Positions 36,286-48,547 of a stretch of DNA of 64,000 nt are shown in pieces (within the stretch, counting starts at the first letter, position 1; every line of letters begins with the position of its first letter). Position numbers and translations under genes: made by a program. Location of the stretch: NCBI RefSeq assembly GCF_022539665.2, contig NC_081331.1, positions 11,222,001 through 11,286,000 of the forward strand. The letters run 5' to 3'. The DNA is from Daphnia carinata (Eukaryota). The notes under the pieces are model-generated. The model ran no database searches and had not been told where the DNA came from. It worked only from the letters and a program-made list of their open reading frames with translations.

Positions 36286-37034
36286 CTAGTTCAAACGGCA
36301 CGCCAAGAACGCTGCCACTGGATGTTCTGCTAGCAAATCATCAAGGTGCGCTAAAGGTTTGCCACCTTCGAATTCGTACGTGGCGTAATCAATAGTGCGC
36401 AGCGTTTCCAAGCCGTGTTTAGCAGCAACTTTCGCTGCGTGTTGACTCACGGCACACACTTTGACAGCACCGGCGCCGTTCGCTTTTCCCAATTCCAGTG
36501 ACAAACCCACCAATGTGGTTGCCAAACCGAGTTTACAGTAGTTTTTGTCGACAGCCATCTAGAAACGTATCGCATAAACAGCATTAAACTTACTGTAATT
36601 TTTAAATAACATTTTAATATTAACCATGGCTAGACTGAGAATTTTGTTTGTGGTGTAGGTGGTGAACAAATCAAATCCTGCTTCGAGATCTGTTAACAAT
36701 GCCGTAATCAATCTTCGCTTTGATTGTGATGTCAGACTATCAAGATGAACATCCTCTGGTGTTTCTAGTTCGTTTAGTCTGACCGCCACTAGTCGGCCGG
36801 CCGAATCCCGTACAGTCAAGGAAACAGGATGGCGCAGGCAGTTGGAAAGGTGGTCGGACATGCGATTGCTATCACTAGCCCCGCTCCAATCGTTTACCAG
36901 ATAACGGTTGGGTGACGTTGCGAAAAAATGATCTCGGAGCAATTCAATCACTTCGCCGAGCTCTTCAAGCCGGCCGATGTCGATCGTAAACACTTGGCCG
37001 TCTTTGGTAAAGAATTTTTTGGAAACGAAGACAT
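36286..37034 (-). CDS. Second AANAT-like GNAT paralog (one CDS intron; apparent 1-nt frameshift near the start)
   Basis: LLRDHFFATSPN, GRLVAVRLN, LAM|MAVDKNYCKLGLATTL (intron 36559-36624), AVSQHAAKVAAKHGL, IDYATY. The ATG at 37034 is out of frame by one base in the T6 run at 37015-37020. Confidence 0.75.
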
Positions 37035-38943
37035 GGCAACACTCTAATGGATATTTTAAATAAATTAAGAATGTGCACGTACATACGAATGTTGGCCTAC
37101 ATGAGAATTAAACCATGAGATCTGTAGCGAAAACAATAAAAAACCTACCTGACGAGGGGAAAGCCCTGCACGTAATAGGAAACTTGCTTGAACGGTGCTG
37201 AATCAAATCGCCTCTTTTCTGCTTTTGGAAAGTGACTGTTAGGACACGATCGTGCTGGCAGACGGACTCTGAAAGCCCCAGGAATAAACAGCGGTGAGGA
37301 AACCAAACAGTGCAATTTTGGCCATACACTGACCTAAATAAGCGAAAAATTTCTTCTTGGATCGATTCGTCCAGAATCGGGATTCAGTCACGAAGACGTT
37401 TAGATCAGAAGCTTGAAACCAAGAGCGCCAGGTGGCTCCATTCTTCAGAACGTTACTTGATTTTAAGTGCGAAAAAAAGGGACCTCGTTGCACAAGACTT
37501 CGGCAATAGATCTCTCACATTCGCAAATTGTTTATTGTTTTTTGCGCTGTTGCGCGAGCTAATGAACAGCCTTCGTTAATGCGTCCTACGCGTCTCACAT
37601 GTCGTAACACTCGTAAACCCGACCTTAGATTCAACGATCAGATGAATGAGACGCATGTTAAAAGATACCTGCGCTTGAGACGACCTTCCGAAACTAGGCC
37701 GATTATTTCGATCGGAGAATCAGACACAATTACTTCAATGAAGAGAAGAATAACACCAATCAATTTCAGCTGATTAAAATGCAACACAAGAAATTAGGAT
37801 AGCAAACAACCTCTCGTATGACGCTTTGATTTCCTACGGCACCAATCCCTGAATACGTGCAAACTCATAAACGGGGGGGGGGGGGGGGGGGCCAATCGAT
37901 TCCGAACGAGGCCAGTTATGAATTTTGCGCACTCTTTAAAAAGAAGGACTTACCTAGAGTCTGTTTCACGTAATCAGATCCGTATAGAATGCCATCAGAT
38001 GGAGGGGGAGGGCAATCGAGACATTCATCATCCGCAACTCCCCGTTTCATTCTTTACTCTTTTTGAAATGCAACGACATTTTTTTGTTGCTGTTGACGTA
38101 AAATGAAATCGGCCATTTATTGTCGTGTCTTTGACTTGTTTATCCCGTCAATGTGTCGTCATCCTCGTACTCGTCTTTCGTCCGTTGTGGAATGTTCCGG
38201 CGCGCGCGGAAGTATCCAGTGGTGTGGGTGCGCTCTTGGCTATACTATATAGGCGACTACGTCCATGTGAGAAAGGCACGAATACTCTTATTGCTTTGGA
38301 CGAAAAACCTCGCCAATCATCCATGTTGGTAACGTGTAGGATCCCTTTACGCTTTTGCGGGGTGCTTAAGTTGTTTGTTGCCATCGCGGACGCTGTAGCA
38401 GAGAAGAAAGAGCATCGATTTACAAGCGAACGTTTAGCGTTTCAAGCATCCTTTATTGAGTTTCTTTTTGATTGATCATAATTTTGACATGGCTTTCTTT
38501 TTTGATTGGCGCGGGATCGCAGGGCGGGTGCAAGCAAAACACGTATTCCGACGTAAACAAACAAAACAACAAGAGAATTATAGAACAGCATTCAACATTC
38601 AGATTCACGCAAACAAATAAATCAGTTTCTCATCTGAAAAAAGAGATATTATCGTATATCGTTACGAATTTATTATTAAGGCATTTGGTATTATAATCAT
38701 ATTACCGTTAATTATCGAGAGAAAAATAAAGGGTGATGGAATCATATCGTGCCTGCTAGTTAAGCAGAAGAATAAAATCGGTTTAAAAAAAAATATATGT
38801 CAGAACAATAAATTGGAAGTTCTTTTGTCATATGGCAACAAATAATCAATTTAAGGAAAAAGGTACTCTTGAGTGATTCGTTTTTTTTTTCTTCCCGAAA
38901 GAAGATAATAAAAAAAAAAAAAAAAAATGAGGAGATTGGGTCT

Positions 38944-40170
38944 TTAGAGGAACTGCAGACTGTTGATACTGTACTGCGGTGTCCGATAGGTTGACAATAT
39001 AGTCAGAGCTTCCTGTTCTAAAGACTCGTTGAGGATGTATTCAGGTGTCGAATCCGATGGAGGCTCTGTGGTCGGTAACAATTCCAAAAATTCAGGGTCC
39101 GTCATGACGGGGGCACTCAGCTCTTGATTATTCTGCGATTGTACTGTTCTGTAAAACATAAAAAGGGAAAAAAAAAAAAAAAAAAAGAAATTTGAAAATA
39201 ACTGAACGATGTGTTGACGCATTGCAATTTGATTCACGAACGCCCCCCTCCCCTTTTAGAAAAAAGAAAAAAAAGGCAAAGGGAAAAAGAATAAAACGGA
39301 GGCCCCCCCCCCCATAAATCGCTGACTACTTTGTTTCCGTACGTGACACCACGTCCTTACAGGAACCAGACTTGGATCGTAGCGTCTAGCCGTTAAAACA
39401 AAAATGCCCGTCCATTCCTAGACGAGTTAAAACGGCGGCGCTTTCTTATGTATGAATCGATCGCAAACCACTGACATCTTATTACTAAATGGAAGTGAAA
39501 CGGCTACAGCCCACCCATGCAAGATTTTTTAACTGTTGCGAATGTAATCCAAGTAGTGTTTACGAATCGCTTACGTTTGATTCCTGATGACTGCGCAATA
39601 GCTTTGCAAATCTTTGTCATTGCAACCGATACTACAGCATTCGTTTTTCGTGGGGTAACGTCGGTTCTCCGCCTTTGCAACTTCATCCTGCGATTTAAAA
39701 TCATTTCCTAGCGATACAGGAATAAATAAAAAATAAATTAGAATGAATCCAGATCAAGATGGGTCCTTTACGGAAGGGAAATGCTTACCTTCGGAAGGCA
39801 TGGTGCTTATAGAAGATGGATTCAGCCATGTACCCTTGTAAATAACACAGACATCTTTAAGTCGATTGCTAAAGTCTGGGCCGCATAGCTTCTTTTTGTC
39901 GTTAGCACTCTGCTTTGGCACTGGGCTGGAGGACGTCAAAACGACGTGGGTCACGAGCAGCAGGTAAGCCATCCAACACCTGTGCAACACGTACAAAATT
40001 CGTGCGGCATTACCTACACTACATCTCTTATTCCTTCTCACGCTTAAACGCCTCGTTCACTCAATAAAAACACGAGTCCAATTCTTTTATGAACAATGAA
40101 ATTGTAATGGAAACATTAAACGAGTGGGCCAACGATGCACTTACCTCCCAACTGTTGATGAAACGATCAT
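38944..40170 (-). CDS. Insulin/IGF-superfamily precursor with C-terminal extension (arthropod IGF-like), 184 aa, 4 exons
   Basis: Exons 40170-40145, 39979-39789, 39707-39575 and 39148-38944 join in frame (555 nt). Product: signal MIVSSTVGRCWMAYLLLVTHVVLTSS, B-chain LCGPDFSNRLKDVC (C-X11-C), RR, A-chain ECCSIGCNDKDLQSYC (CC-X3-C-X8-C), then ~75 aa acidic/Thr-rich tail. Confidence 0.85.
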
Positions 40171-43100
40171 TTTAGTTCCGCTCGTTTTTATTTTTCCCTT
40201 GTTTTTCTTCTGCAAATATAGGGTGTCACCTTACCCTATATATCCAGGCACGTAAAGTAAATAACTAAGCCGGTAAATGAACAACGGCTTTGGCTCGACG
40301 ATATGTGCCGAAACGCGGGTGCTTTGGTCAGGCAGGCGTTCGTGCGCGATGAGATGCGAGTGGGCCAAGCAACTGAGACTCCATCGCCGAGCGCTTCCTC
40401 TTCTTATTTAATATGTAGATCGACTGTCATTGGGTGCTGCGGTGTTGGCGGCAGCACCGCTGCGCTCTCTCCAGCGGACCACATGGCTCCCGATGTCGGC
40501 ACCATCGGCAAAAACATTCATGGAAAGTAGCATTAAAATCAATTTAATGTCTACATCAGTGACCGATATTGGCCAATCAGGTGGCCCTTCCGGGTATTGG
40601 AGTGTGTATAAATACATTCGCTTGCATTTATTTTTTTTTTTTTTTTTACTCTAGAGAGAGTTTAAATTCGAGATGAAGAAACGCGATGAAAGTTCATTGA
40701 GAACAATTGACCTTAGTGGTAAAAATGGCAATTTTTATTTGCTTGGTTTATCGCTATTAATCGATGGCAGTTTATATGCATCCCAACATATTTCCGATGA
40801 GTTGAATGAAAGGCACGCCCTTGTTTCTCTTTCACTCGTTTACGATGTGTCCTCATCTGGTTTTGGCCCGTGCGGGACGTGAATTGAACGCGGGCAGGCT
40901 ATTAGGACTCGGTCACGGATGAATGTCATTTCCCATTAAGGCAACTCGCATGCGGCCAACAAGAAAACAAGTACTTATCTTATCTAATATGCCTTCTCAT
41001 TAAGTTTCATCAAAACAGTTCCCATTTTCTTCTATACTCGAAAGCAACGCTTTTGACTCGTTTTCCAATTTTCTTTTAATATTTCCAATTCGATTTGGAT
41101 TCTATTTGGAAATGAATCCCGCGGAAAGGCCAACAGCGTACGGTTGACGATCGTCGGATCTGATTTCTTAGCACAAAGCCGGGATTTTTTGGCGGTGCAA
41201 CAAAAGAACGAGAACCGCAAACGACAAGCTCTTGTGAAATGTTTTTTTTTTTCTTTCAGCGGACACCTTTGAGTGCCGAACGTCGGTGTTGCGGACGCGC
41301 GCACACCGAACGGAATAAAACAAACAATCATTTCAGCGAACATTGTTGTCCCTATTCGGTAACGAAAGACGGTACGAGGTAGAAAAAGAAAAGCGACAGT
41401 CGACCACACTGATTGATAGCCGCCGATTGACCATAATGGCTTTCCTAAGTCTGAATGCGAAATAAGCGATTTTCGCTGTTTTTGTTTCTCACGAGCGGCT
41501 AGAATTCCTTTTGGCCGGCTGTCTCCGTGCGAACTGTAGTAATTAGCATAGTGCCACCGACGTGAAGAATAGACTTGGACATTTTTCGAAGCGTCCACCT
41601 GGATGCCACATAAACGCAAACTTTGGAATAAGGACGTCACGGAGCACAACTTTCGCTGGATGGCAAAGACGTTAAACAAAAATGGGTTCATTATTATTTC
41701 GTCGTTTTCAAAGGGTTTCATACCCAAACCGAAGAAGTAAAATCTATAAATACACGTTCTTGTTTTACTAGGTTTTTTTTTTAAACTATCGATTTGAAAT
41801 TGATACTTGTGCGTGTGGGGCTAGGATGAGTATAGCCTTAAATTGCCATGACTGTCGATCACTGAATCATTTGGAACGACCTTTCGAAACAAGGTTATTT
41901 GAATAGTACATCGCCAATTTTCCCTACGGTTTCTTTTTTCTGGGTTATCGTATTAATGACGCTACGACATAAACAGCGGCGTTTTAACGACTTGACCCCA
42001 CGCACGATGCACGCTGATATTCAATCAACAGTCCCGAAATAGATGCACCGCGTTCGTCTGCTGCTCTTGCAATTTCCAAGGAAATTCGAAAATTTGTATC
42101 CAATAACGACGAAGCGCTTCTTTTGCCGGGACTCGGCTGTCACAATTGCCGTGAATTCGGCATCACGTGTAATGACTTCTCCCCTCCGTGTAAATCGAAT
42201 CTTCAGCAATTCTATTTATACGAAAAGCTTTCTTTACGTCGTCTGGTTACCGTAAGTAATGAGCAACTACGTCCAATGGGTCGAACTTTTTAATGATTTG
42301 CATACATGTCTGGTTTGAATTACGACTTCGGTGACCGCCAAAATGAAGTACACATGCCCGTCGTTGAATCCATTGTCACGTGCAACAGGCCCGGCCCGCT
42401 CCGGGAAAAAACTAACGCGTGTAAACGTTACGTAATCCCTCGTGAGGTCGGGAACTGCGTTGTAGAAATTGATCGGCTTCGATCTGACATCAGTTCGAAC
42501 ATGTGGCAATTGCTGAGTTGACTGAAAATTATGCTGGCCTCATAAAATAATGACAAACAAGGGCCATCGCATTCATTTTCAAATTTGGCGGCTATTTTTA
42601 TTTAGTACGAATTTGCCTTTCACGATCGAATGTTCGGTCGTTCGCGGGAGCACCAGATGGCGCGGGATTGGAAATCTACGGAAATGTTCGGGATTCGGTG
42701 CCGGTGGTTCTTAAGCAGCGGGAGCAAAACCGGCAAACAATCCGTTCCAAGAAGAGGTTGCCTTGCTACGCGAATCTTACCGCGTTCGTAAGCTAACTAC
42801 GTATTGCTAACGCGCATTGATACGAGAAGGACTTAAGCCAATCTCATTTCACGGATCCCGCTTAAAAGAGTGAACAAGTACGAACATATCGTGCCAAATT
42901 CAACAGCAAATGCCTACGTGAAAGATAATCCGACTTTCCTATCAAACTTGCGCTGCTCCCGTATGCGTTTTCCATCAATTCTCGATGACTCTTGTGACCC
43001 GGCCTTCCAACATCCTACTATAATTGACCACCATGACGTCAGACTATATGCTTTATCCTCATACACAGTCGCTGTGAAGTTTTCTCTGTTAACATTCAAA

Positions 43101-46100
43101 ACGGGATCAGCGTGGGACTTTATTAAATTAAAAAGAGAAAATGTTTCGGATGATATCGAGGCTAAACCGCAAAAAAAAAAATTATTTGTATTCTATTAAG
43201 CAGTTCAACGAAGCATACTGCAGATGATGACGCGAGCAAAGGCCCTACAAATTGTAAGGGACGTTGTTTAGTTCTATCAACCCTGACAAGAGCCTTTGGC
43301 TATTCGATACCAATCATTTCCGTCCTGGACGCAAACAGGACAAACAAGAGCAAACCCCGCCAAAAAAAAAATGAAAACGGAAGCGGAACAGAATTTGAAA
43401 TGAGCGCTGCCGGGGGGAATGAAGCCGTCTGAAAACATTCATTTACGACACGTAGAGAAAGAGCCCTTGAATAACGTGACATGAGTCACACAGAGGCTGG
43501 AGGAAAAAAAAAAGACGAGGATAACCCGTTGGTAGATCCGCAATGTGCTTTAGTCAATCAAGGAATCACCTAGTTATTGCGCGTCCTACACGTCGTTTGA
43601 GGACATCGGGAAACCTTCAGACTTGTGAGGGCGGGGCGTTCAAAGAGAAGAGACTGGCTGGCTCAAGGAAAAATCCATATCCACTTGGAACGCTGTCGAC
43701 GATTCGTGCCCGTCATTGACGTTCGCGTTTCGGTTCAGTTTTCCTGTTTTTATTCCATTAATTCTATTGAAATCCGCTAGCTTCAACTTTATCCGAGTCC
43801 TTGGACTGGTTAGATACGAAACCCTATGATGTGTTTAGACCAGCCGCTGCGTCGTCATATATAAATATTGAGCGTACGTGCAACTGCCATGCATTTGAAA
43901 TTCCCGCCTTTCCTTTTTTTTTTTTTTCTATTAAAGTACACCACTTCACTTTCATATGCATTAAAGCATGGCAAAGCGGGAGTGAATCTGGTTTCAGTTG
44001 GTTACTGTTGCAAAACGAAGTTGAATGGCGTCACTGCCAATCTCTGTAATAACTGTCATTCTGACCAATGCCGTCGTTTCTATCATAAGCCGTTTTAAAG
44101 TAGAACGAGCATTAAAATTAATGGCTATATGATAAGGGCGGATACGACCAGTTACGTGACACAATATACCTATTGAAAGTGAATGTATTTCACTCATTAA
44201 CGTCCCCCTCCCCCCGCCTCCGTCGAAGGGAACCAAAGGCCTTGTCTCACACGTGTGTGACTCTCTCGATTATAGAGTGACACGCAACTTGTGGCTCTTT
44301 TTTTTTTTTGGAGATGCCCCTAGACTGAAGTAAAATATAGACACCGCCACAGGTGGGATTTCCGGAGCCCGTACATCGTTAGGGAAGACCCACTTGTTGG
44401 GCGAACCGGGTTTGAGATGAGAAACGAGTCTTTGCCTTCGTTTCTCAACGATTTTTACTGTAACACGATAGTTGCTGATGCCCATCAACAGCCTATGGGG
44501 AAGAAAGATATTGTTAGCTAACTCAGGATTTTGACCCCGAATCGAAAAAACAAAAACAAAATGTATTTCTTTTAAAGAATGTAAAGAATAAGCGAAGGAA
44601 CGAACGAGGCTGCCCGACGAACAGGTTATAGAGGAAAGACGGGCGCATAAATTGCGTGGAGAAATATTCAGGTTTTTTTTTAGATGGCCAAAATTCAAAC
44701 AGGAAATGCTGAGACGGCAATTGCGGAAGGAAATCCAAAGGTTGTCGCCCACCTTTTTGTAAGATGCTTTACTTCTTTTTTATTCTTTCAAAATGGCCAG
44801 GTGGTAAAGTGGAATGCCAAACGAGCCGACCTTGGACAGTCGCGTTTAACGTTCCAGCGTGAACGGGAGACAAGAAAGATATTTAGCGATGACCTATACG
44901 AATACGGCGATGCTGTGTGAAGCCGTAGGGCGTGCGGATGAACCTTCATCGCCCATTTCAAGACAATAAGCCCGACACACACACAGTTTTAACCCACGGG
45001 CCGTTTACATAGCGCGCCTTCAAATACGATATTTTCTTTTTACTACTACTGTAAATGATTACGTATGTATTCGTTCTGGGTTTGCTTAGAAGCCCCAACA
45101 CCATTTTAAATAACCAGTCGGTCCTTGAGTAGAGTAACCGAGTCCTTGAACTGCCAATTCCTTCTGTTTTTCTTTTATGGGAGGAGTTTCACGCAGGGCG
45201 AGAGCCATTACCCGATGGAAATGTTCGTGATGCGCCCCTTTTCGTATCAAGGGGAAGATAACAGCAATCAACTCGTCAGCGATATGCCAGAGCAAAATCA
45301 TCTTTTGTGTTAGGAGATGATATGCCCAGTTGACCAACTCAACAACGTCACGCAGTACACTGGGAAAATTGGATTTTCCTTTTTTTTTTTTTTTTATTGA
45401 TTGAATATCTTTTTGAGTTCCGTGTTGACACAATCAGAATTGAAGTAATCTCGTTTCACTTTGCCCCGTTTAGAAATCCCACGCTGATGGAATTACCAGA
45501 CAACGTGTCTCCGTTCTGTTGGTTTTCCTATTTTTTTATTATTACACCTGGAAATTGACAGACAAACAGAAATGAAAAGAATGCGGACATATTTGTTCAT
45601 CACAAGTTTTTATTACGACATCAATTGAAATTTGTTTACATAACAAAAAAAAATTCCATCGTCCGCGGATCGACTGTAACGAAGAAAAATAATTAAAACC
45701 GTTCGAGTTGAGAACATCAACTTTGGTCACAATACATACATTAGCTGAATTTTTTTTTTTTTTTTTTTAGTTTAAGATTTTCTTTTTTTTTTTAAGTTTT
45801 CAGACAGGCAGGAATAAATAGAGATATTTGAACAAGATTGGGCAACACATACACTAACCAGGAGGGAGCGTGTTTTGGCAAAGGATTTTGTTTTGTTTCA
45901 CGTTTCTCAATTTTTCCTTTGAAATTGTTTCTACCTTATGAGTCGACTCTTTTGACACGTTTCGTAGCCGTAGTAATGGTAGATCTGTACAACTCCTTTT
46001 TTTCTTTTTTGTTTTTTGTTTTTTTTTTCTTCGTTGGGTTAAGAATTTATCTTCACGGCGGCTTGTAGTTCTTCTTCCGGACTCACGTTGGCAAAAGAGT

Positions 46101-46282
46101 AACTTTGCGTGTGTGTTGTGTTTGTGCGTGTGTGTGTGTGTGTGGTGTAGTTTCTTCTTTGTTGTGTGCGTGTTTTTTTCTTCGTGTGTTGGTGTTTTTA
46201 ATGGAAAATCAACAACGACGCTGCTAGATATACAGTGGACGAAATCTTTTCTCCTTCGACCTGTGATGTGGGCTTTTTTTCC

Positions 46283-46843
46283 CTAGCGGCAGAATTTCGA
46301 CAGCGGCGGGCAGCCTTCGTTGGGACAGCACTCTTTGAGAATGCGGCGGATGTAGAGTAACTCGATCTCCTTTTTGACTCGGCTGCCCGACTGGTGGTCG
46401 TGGTGGTGTTTGTCGACCACTTCATCCAGCATGTTGGACGACCGGCCGACGGACGTCGGGCCGAGTTCGTCGAGTCCGAGCAGCTGGGAATTCTCGGACG
46501 AGTGGTAAGCGCACGCCCGGCGCATGATGTCGCGGACGATGCGGAAATTGCAGCCGCCGTGGCGGGCTCGATGCGCAGCCACCGTTCCAGACGCCATGTA
46601 GCTGCCGCAAACCAGGAGCATTATCCACCAGATTGTTAGACTTTTGACCTGCATTCAAAATAAACCAAACAAAAGAAAAAAAAATATGAATGAAAATAAC
46701 AATTTGGGTTTTGGAACTCTGGGGCATTTGGAATTTTTTCGCAAGGCGCGTCTTTTGAATTTTCTTTTTTGCTTTTTGGTATAATTTTTTTTTTTTTTTT
46801 TTTTTTTTTTTTGATTTGGAAGAGACAGATTTAGTACCTGCAT
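46283..46843 (-). CDS. Atypical insulin-like peptide precursor (Dilp8/gonadulin-like spacing), 123 aa
   Basis: Signal MQVKSLTIWWIMLLVCGSYMASG, B-chain CNFRIVRDIMRRAC (C-X12-C), His-rich C-peptide, RVKK/RR sites, A-chain ECCPNEGCPPLSKFCR* (CC-X4-C-X6-C). Start is either ATG 46654 or ATG-CAG 46843-46838 spliced to 46648; both give the same protein. Confidence 0.8.
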
Positions 46844-48498
46844 CTCGCCTTTGTATAAAGTGATTTTTCCTTTTTTTGTGTGTGTGTGTTTTGGTCTAAA
46901 AGAGAAAATACGATTGAGATCTCAAGATGGCGGTGGAGCAGCAACAGCAGCCAACTGACAAGATGGCATGCGTGTGACCAAAAGCAAAACGAGCGGGAGC
47001 GCGTCGTCGGTCGCCGATGTGTCCGACTCTGGATGCGGATGATGTTTCTATGACTTGCTCCGACGGCCGGGACGGCGCTTTAAATAAAAGAGAGCGACGG
47101 TGGCGCTGAAGGGCGGCGGCGTCGATCAACTCGGTCCGCCGTCCGTCCGGGCCAGCCCCTTTCTCTCCTCCCCATCTCTTTTCAGTTCTTCTTTTTTTTT
47201 TTTTTTTCCTACCCCACACTTTTATTCAGTCAACTCCAAGTGTCTATAATGTTTCTCTGACGCAAGCAACCCCCCCTGTCCCTTCTCCTCTTTCTTTACT
47301 GCCTCCCTTCTACGTTGCTCTCTTATTTACTCAGATAATCAATTTTCGATGCAAATTCCCCACATTATTGAAAAAAAAACCACTCGCTGTTGATTGTGCG
47401 GGTTCTGCGACCTTACGTAGCTCCGCCCATGTTGTATTTAAAACAAATAGGCCTCTAAGTTATTCCTGTTGTGGAGGTGTGATAGTGCCAAAGGTTGCGG
47501 TGATTAAAGCTACTAGAAAACCCGAAAAAAAGTAAAGAAAAAAAAAAAAAAAAAACCAGTTCATCAACAAAGTAGGAAAGACCAAAGAGAACGGCATGTG
47601 ATGAGAGGGATGTCCCATCGTTAATGCCATTAGTCTACGTTTAGTTGATGCTTGACCCTTTTGAAGGCTCCGATAACTCGCGCCAACGCAACGCCAACCA
47701 GACATGTATGGGATAACCCGATCGAACTGGTTATGCTAAAGCGTTAAAGTGCGATCACGCGGTTGAAACTGCTGTCGCTGCTTCTCTTATACGACACCAT
47801 CATCGTTCGTGAGAAACGATTCATTTGTGAATTTTCGTGTTGTTGTTTTTTTTTTCTTTCATTTTTCTTTTGCCCTTCTACTTGTTGTATGTAGAATAAT
47901 ATAATAAGATCCTTATATCAAATGGGTCAATGTTGTAAATTTCCATTTATAATTTGCCAAGTGGAGTGGAATGAAAAAGAAATAAATATAGCTTGTAGTA
48001 TATTCAGCTCTCTTTGAATCATCCAAATGTAATATCAGACACGGCCAAGAAGGGGGTCGAGGATGTCGTATATCGGTCGTACAGATCGTTTGACGTGGGC
48101 TATAGATGGAGACGAGGGTAGAAGTCTGAAGGAGGGAGGAGGAGAAGTGAGGCTCTTTTAGTTGACGAGGAGCCGGATTTTTGGTCGATGACAAGGAAAG
48201 AGATCATCTTTGACCGCCTTCAAGTGCTGTGGGAAAAGAATTAACAAAAAAAAAGAGGAAGAACGAGTGGGCCTGGGCAATCTCGGTTGCGTTCCACACA
48301 CTCCTTACCAAGTGTATTAAACTTGTATAAATATGCAACTATTTTCAACAATGACGTGCCGTTATAGAAGCCCTCGTTGGTATAGTGTTGCTTTTGCTTC
48401 GATGGACCGACCCAACTGAAGTTGAAGCAGTTTGAACCGGAAACCAGTTGTCCTTCTTCGAGCTGACAGACGCAACACAGCTAGAACGCAGGCACGCA

Positions 48499-48505
<7 letters not shown>

Positions 48506-48545
<40 letters not shown>
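48506..48545. repeat. (CA)n microsatellite
   Basis: About 20 contiguous CA units. Confidence 0.95.

Positions 48546-48547
<2 letters not shown>

Noticed and set aside
38534..38596. Minus-strand VECCSIILLLFCLFTSEYVFC resembling a third insulin A-chain
   Set aside because: Spacing CC-X7-C is wrong, the sequence is T-rich 3'UTR-like, and no B-chain or signal exon was found.
41032..41727. 231-aa minus-strand ORF between the insulin-like genes
   Set aside because: Non-ATG start, crosses a poly-A run, no domain-like features.
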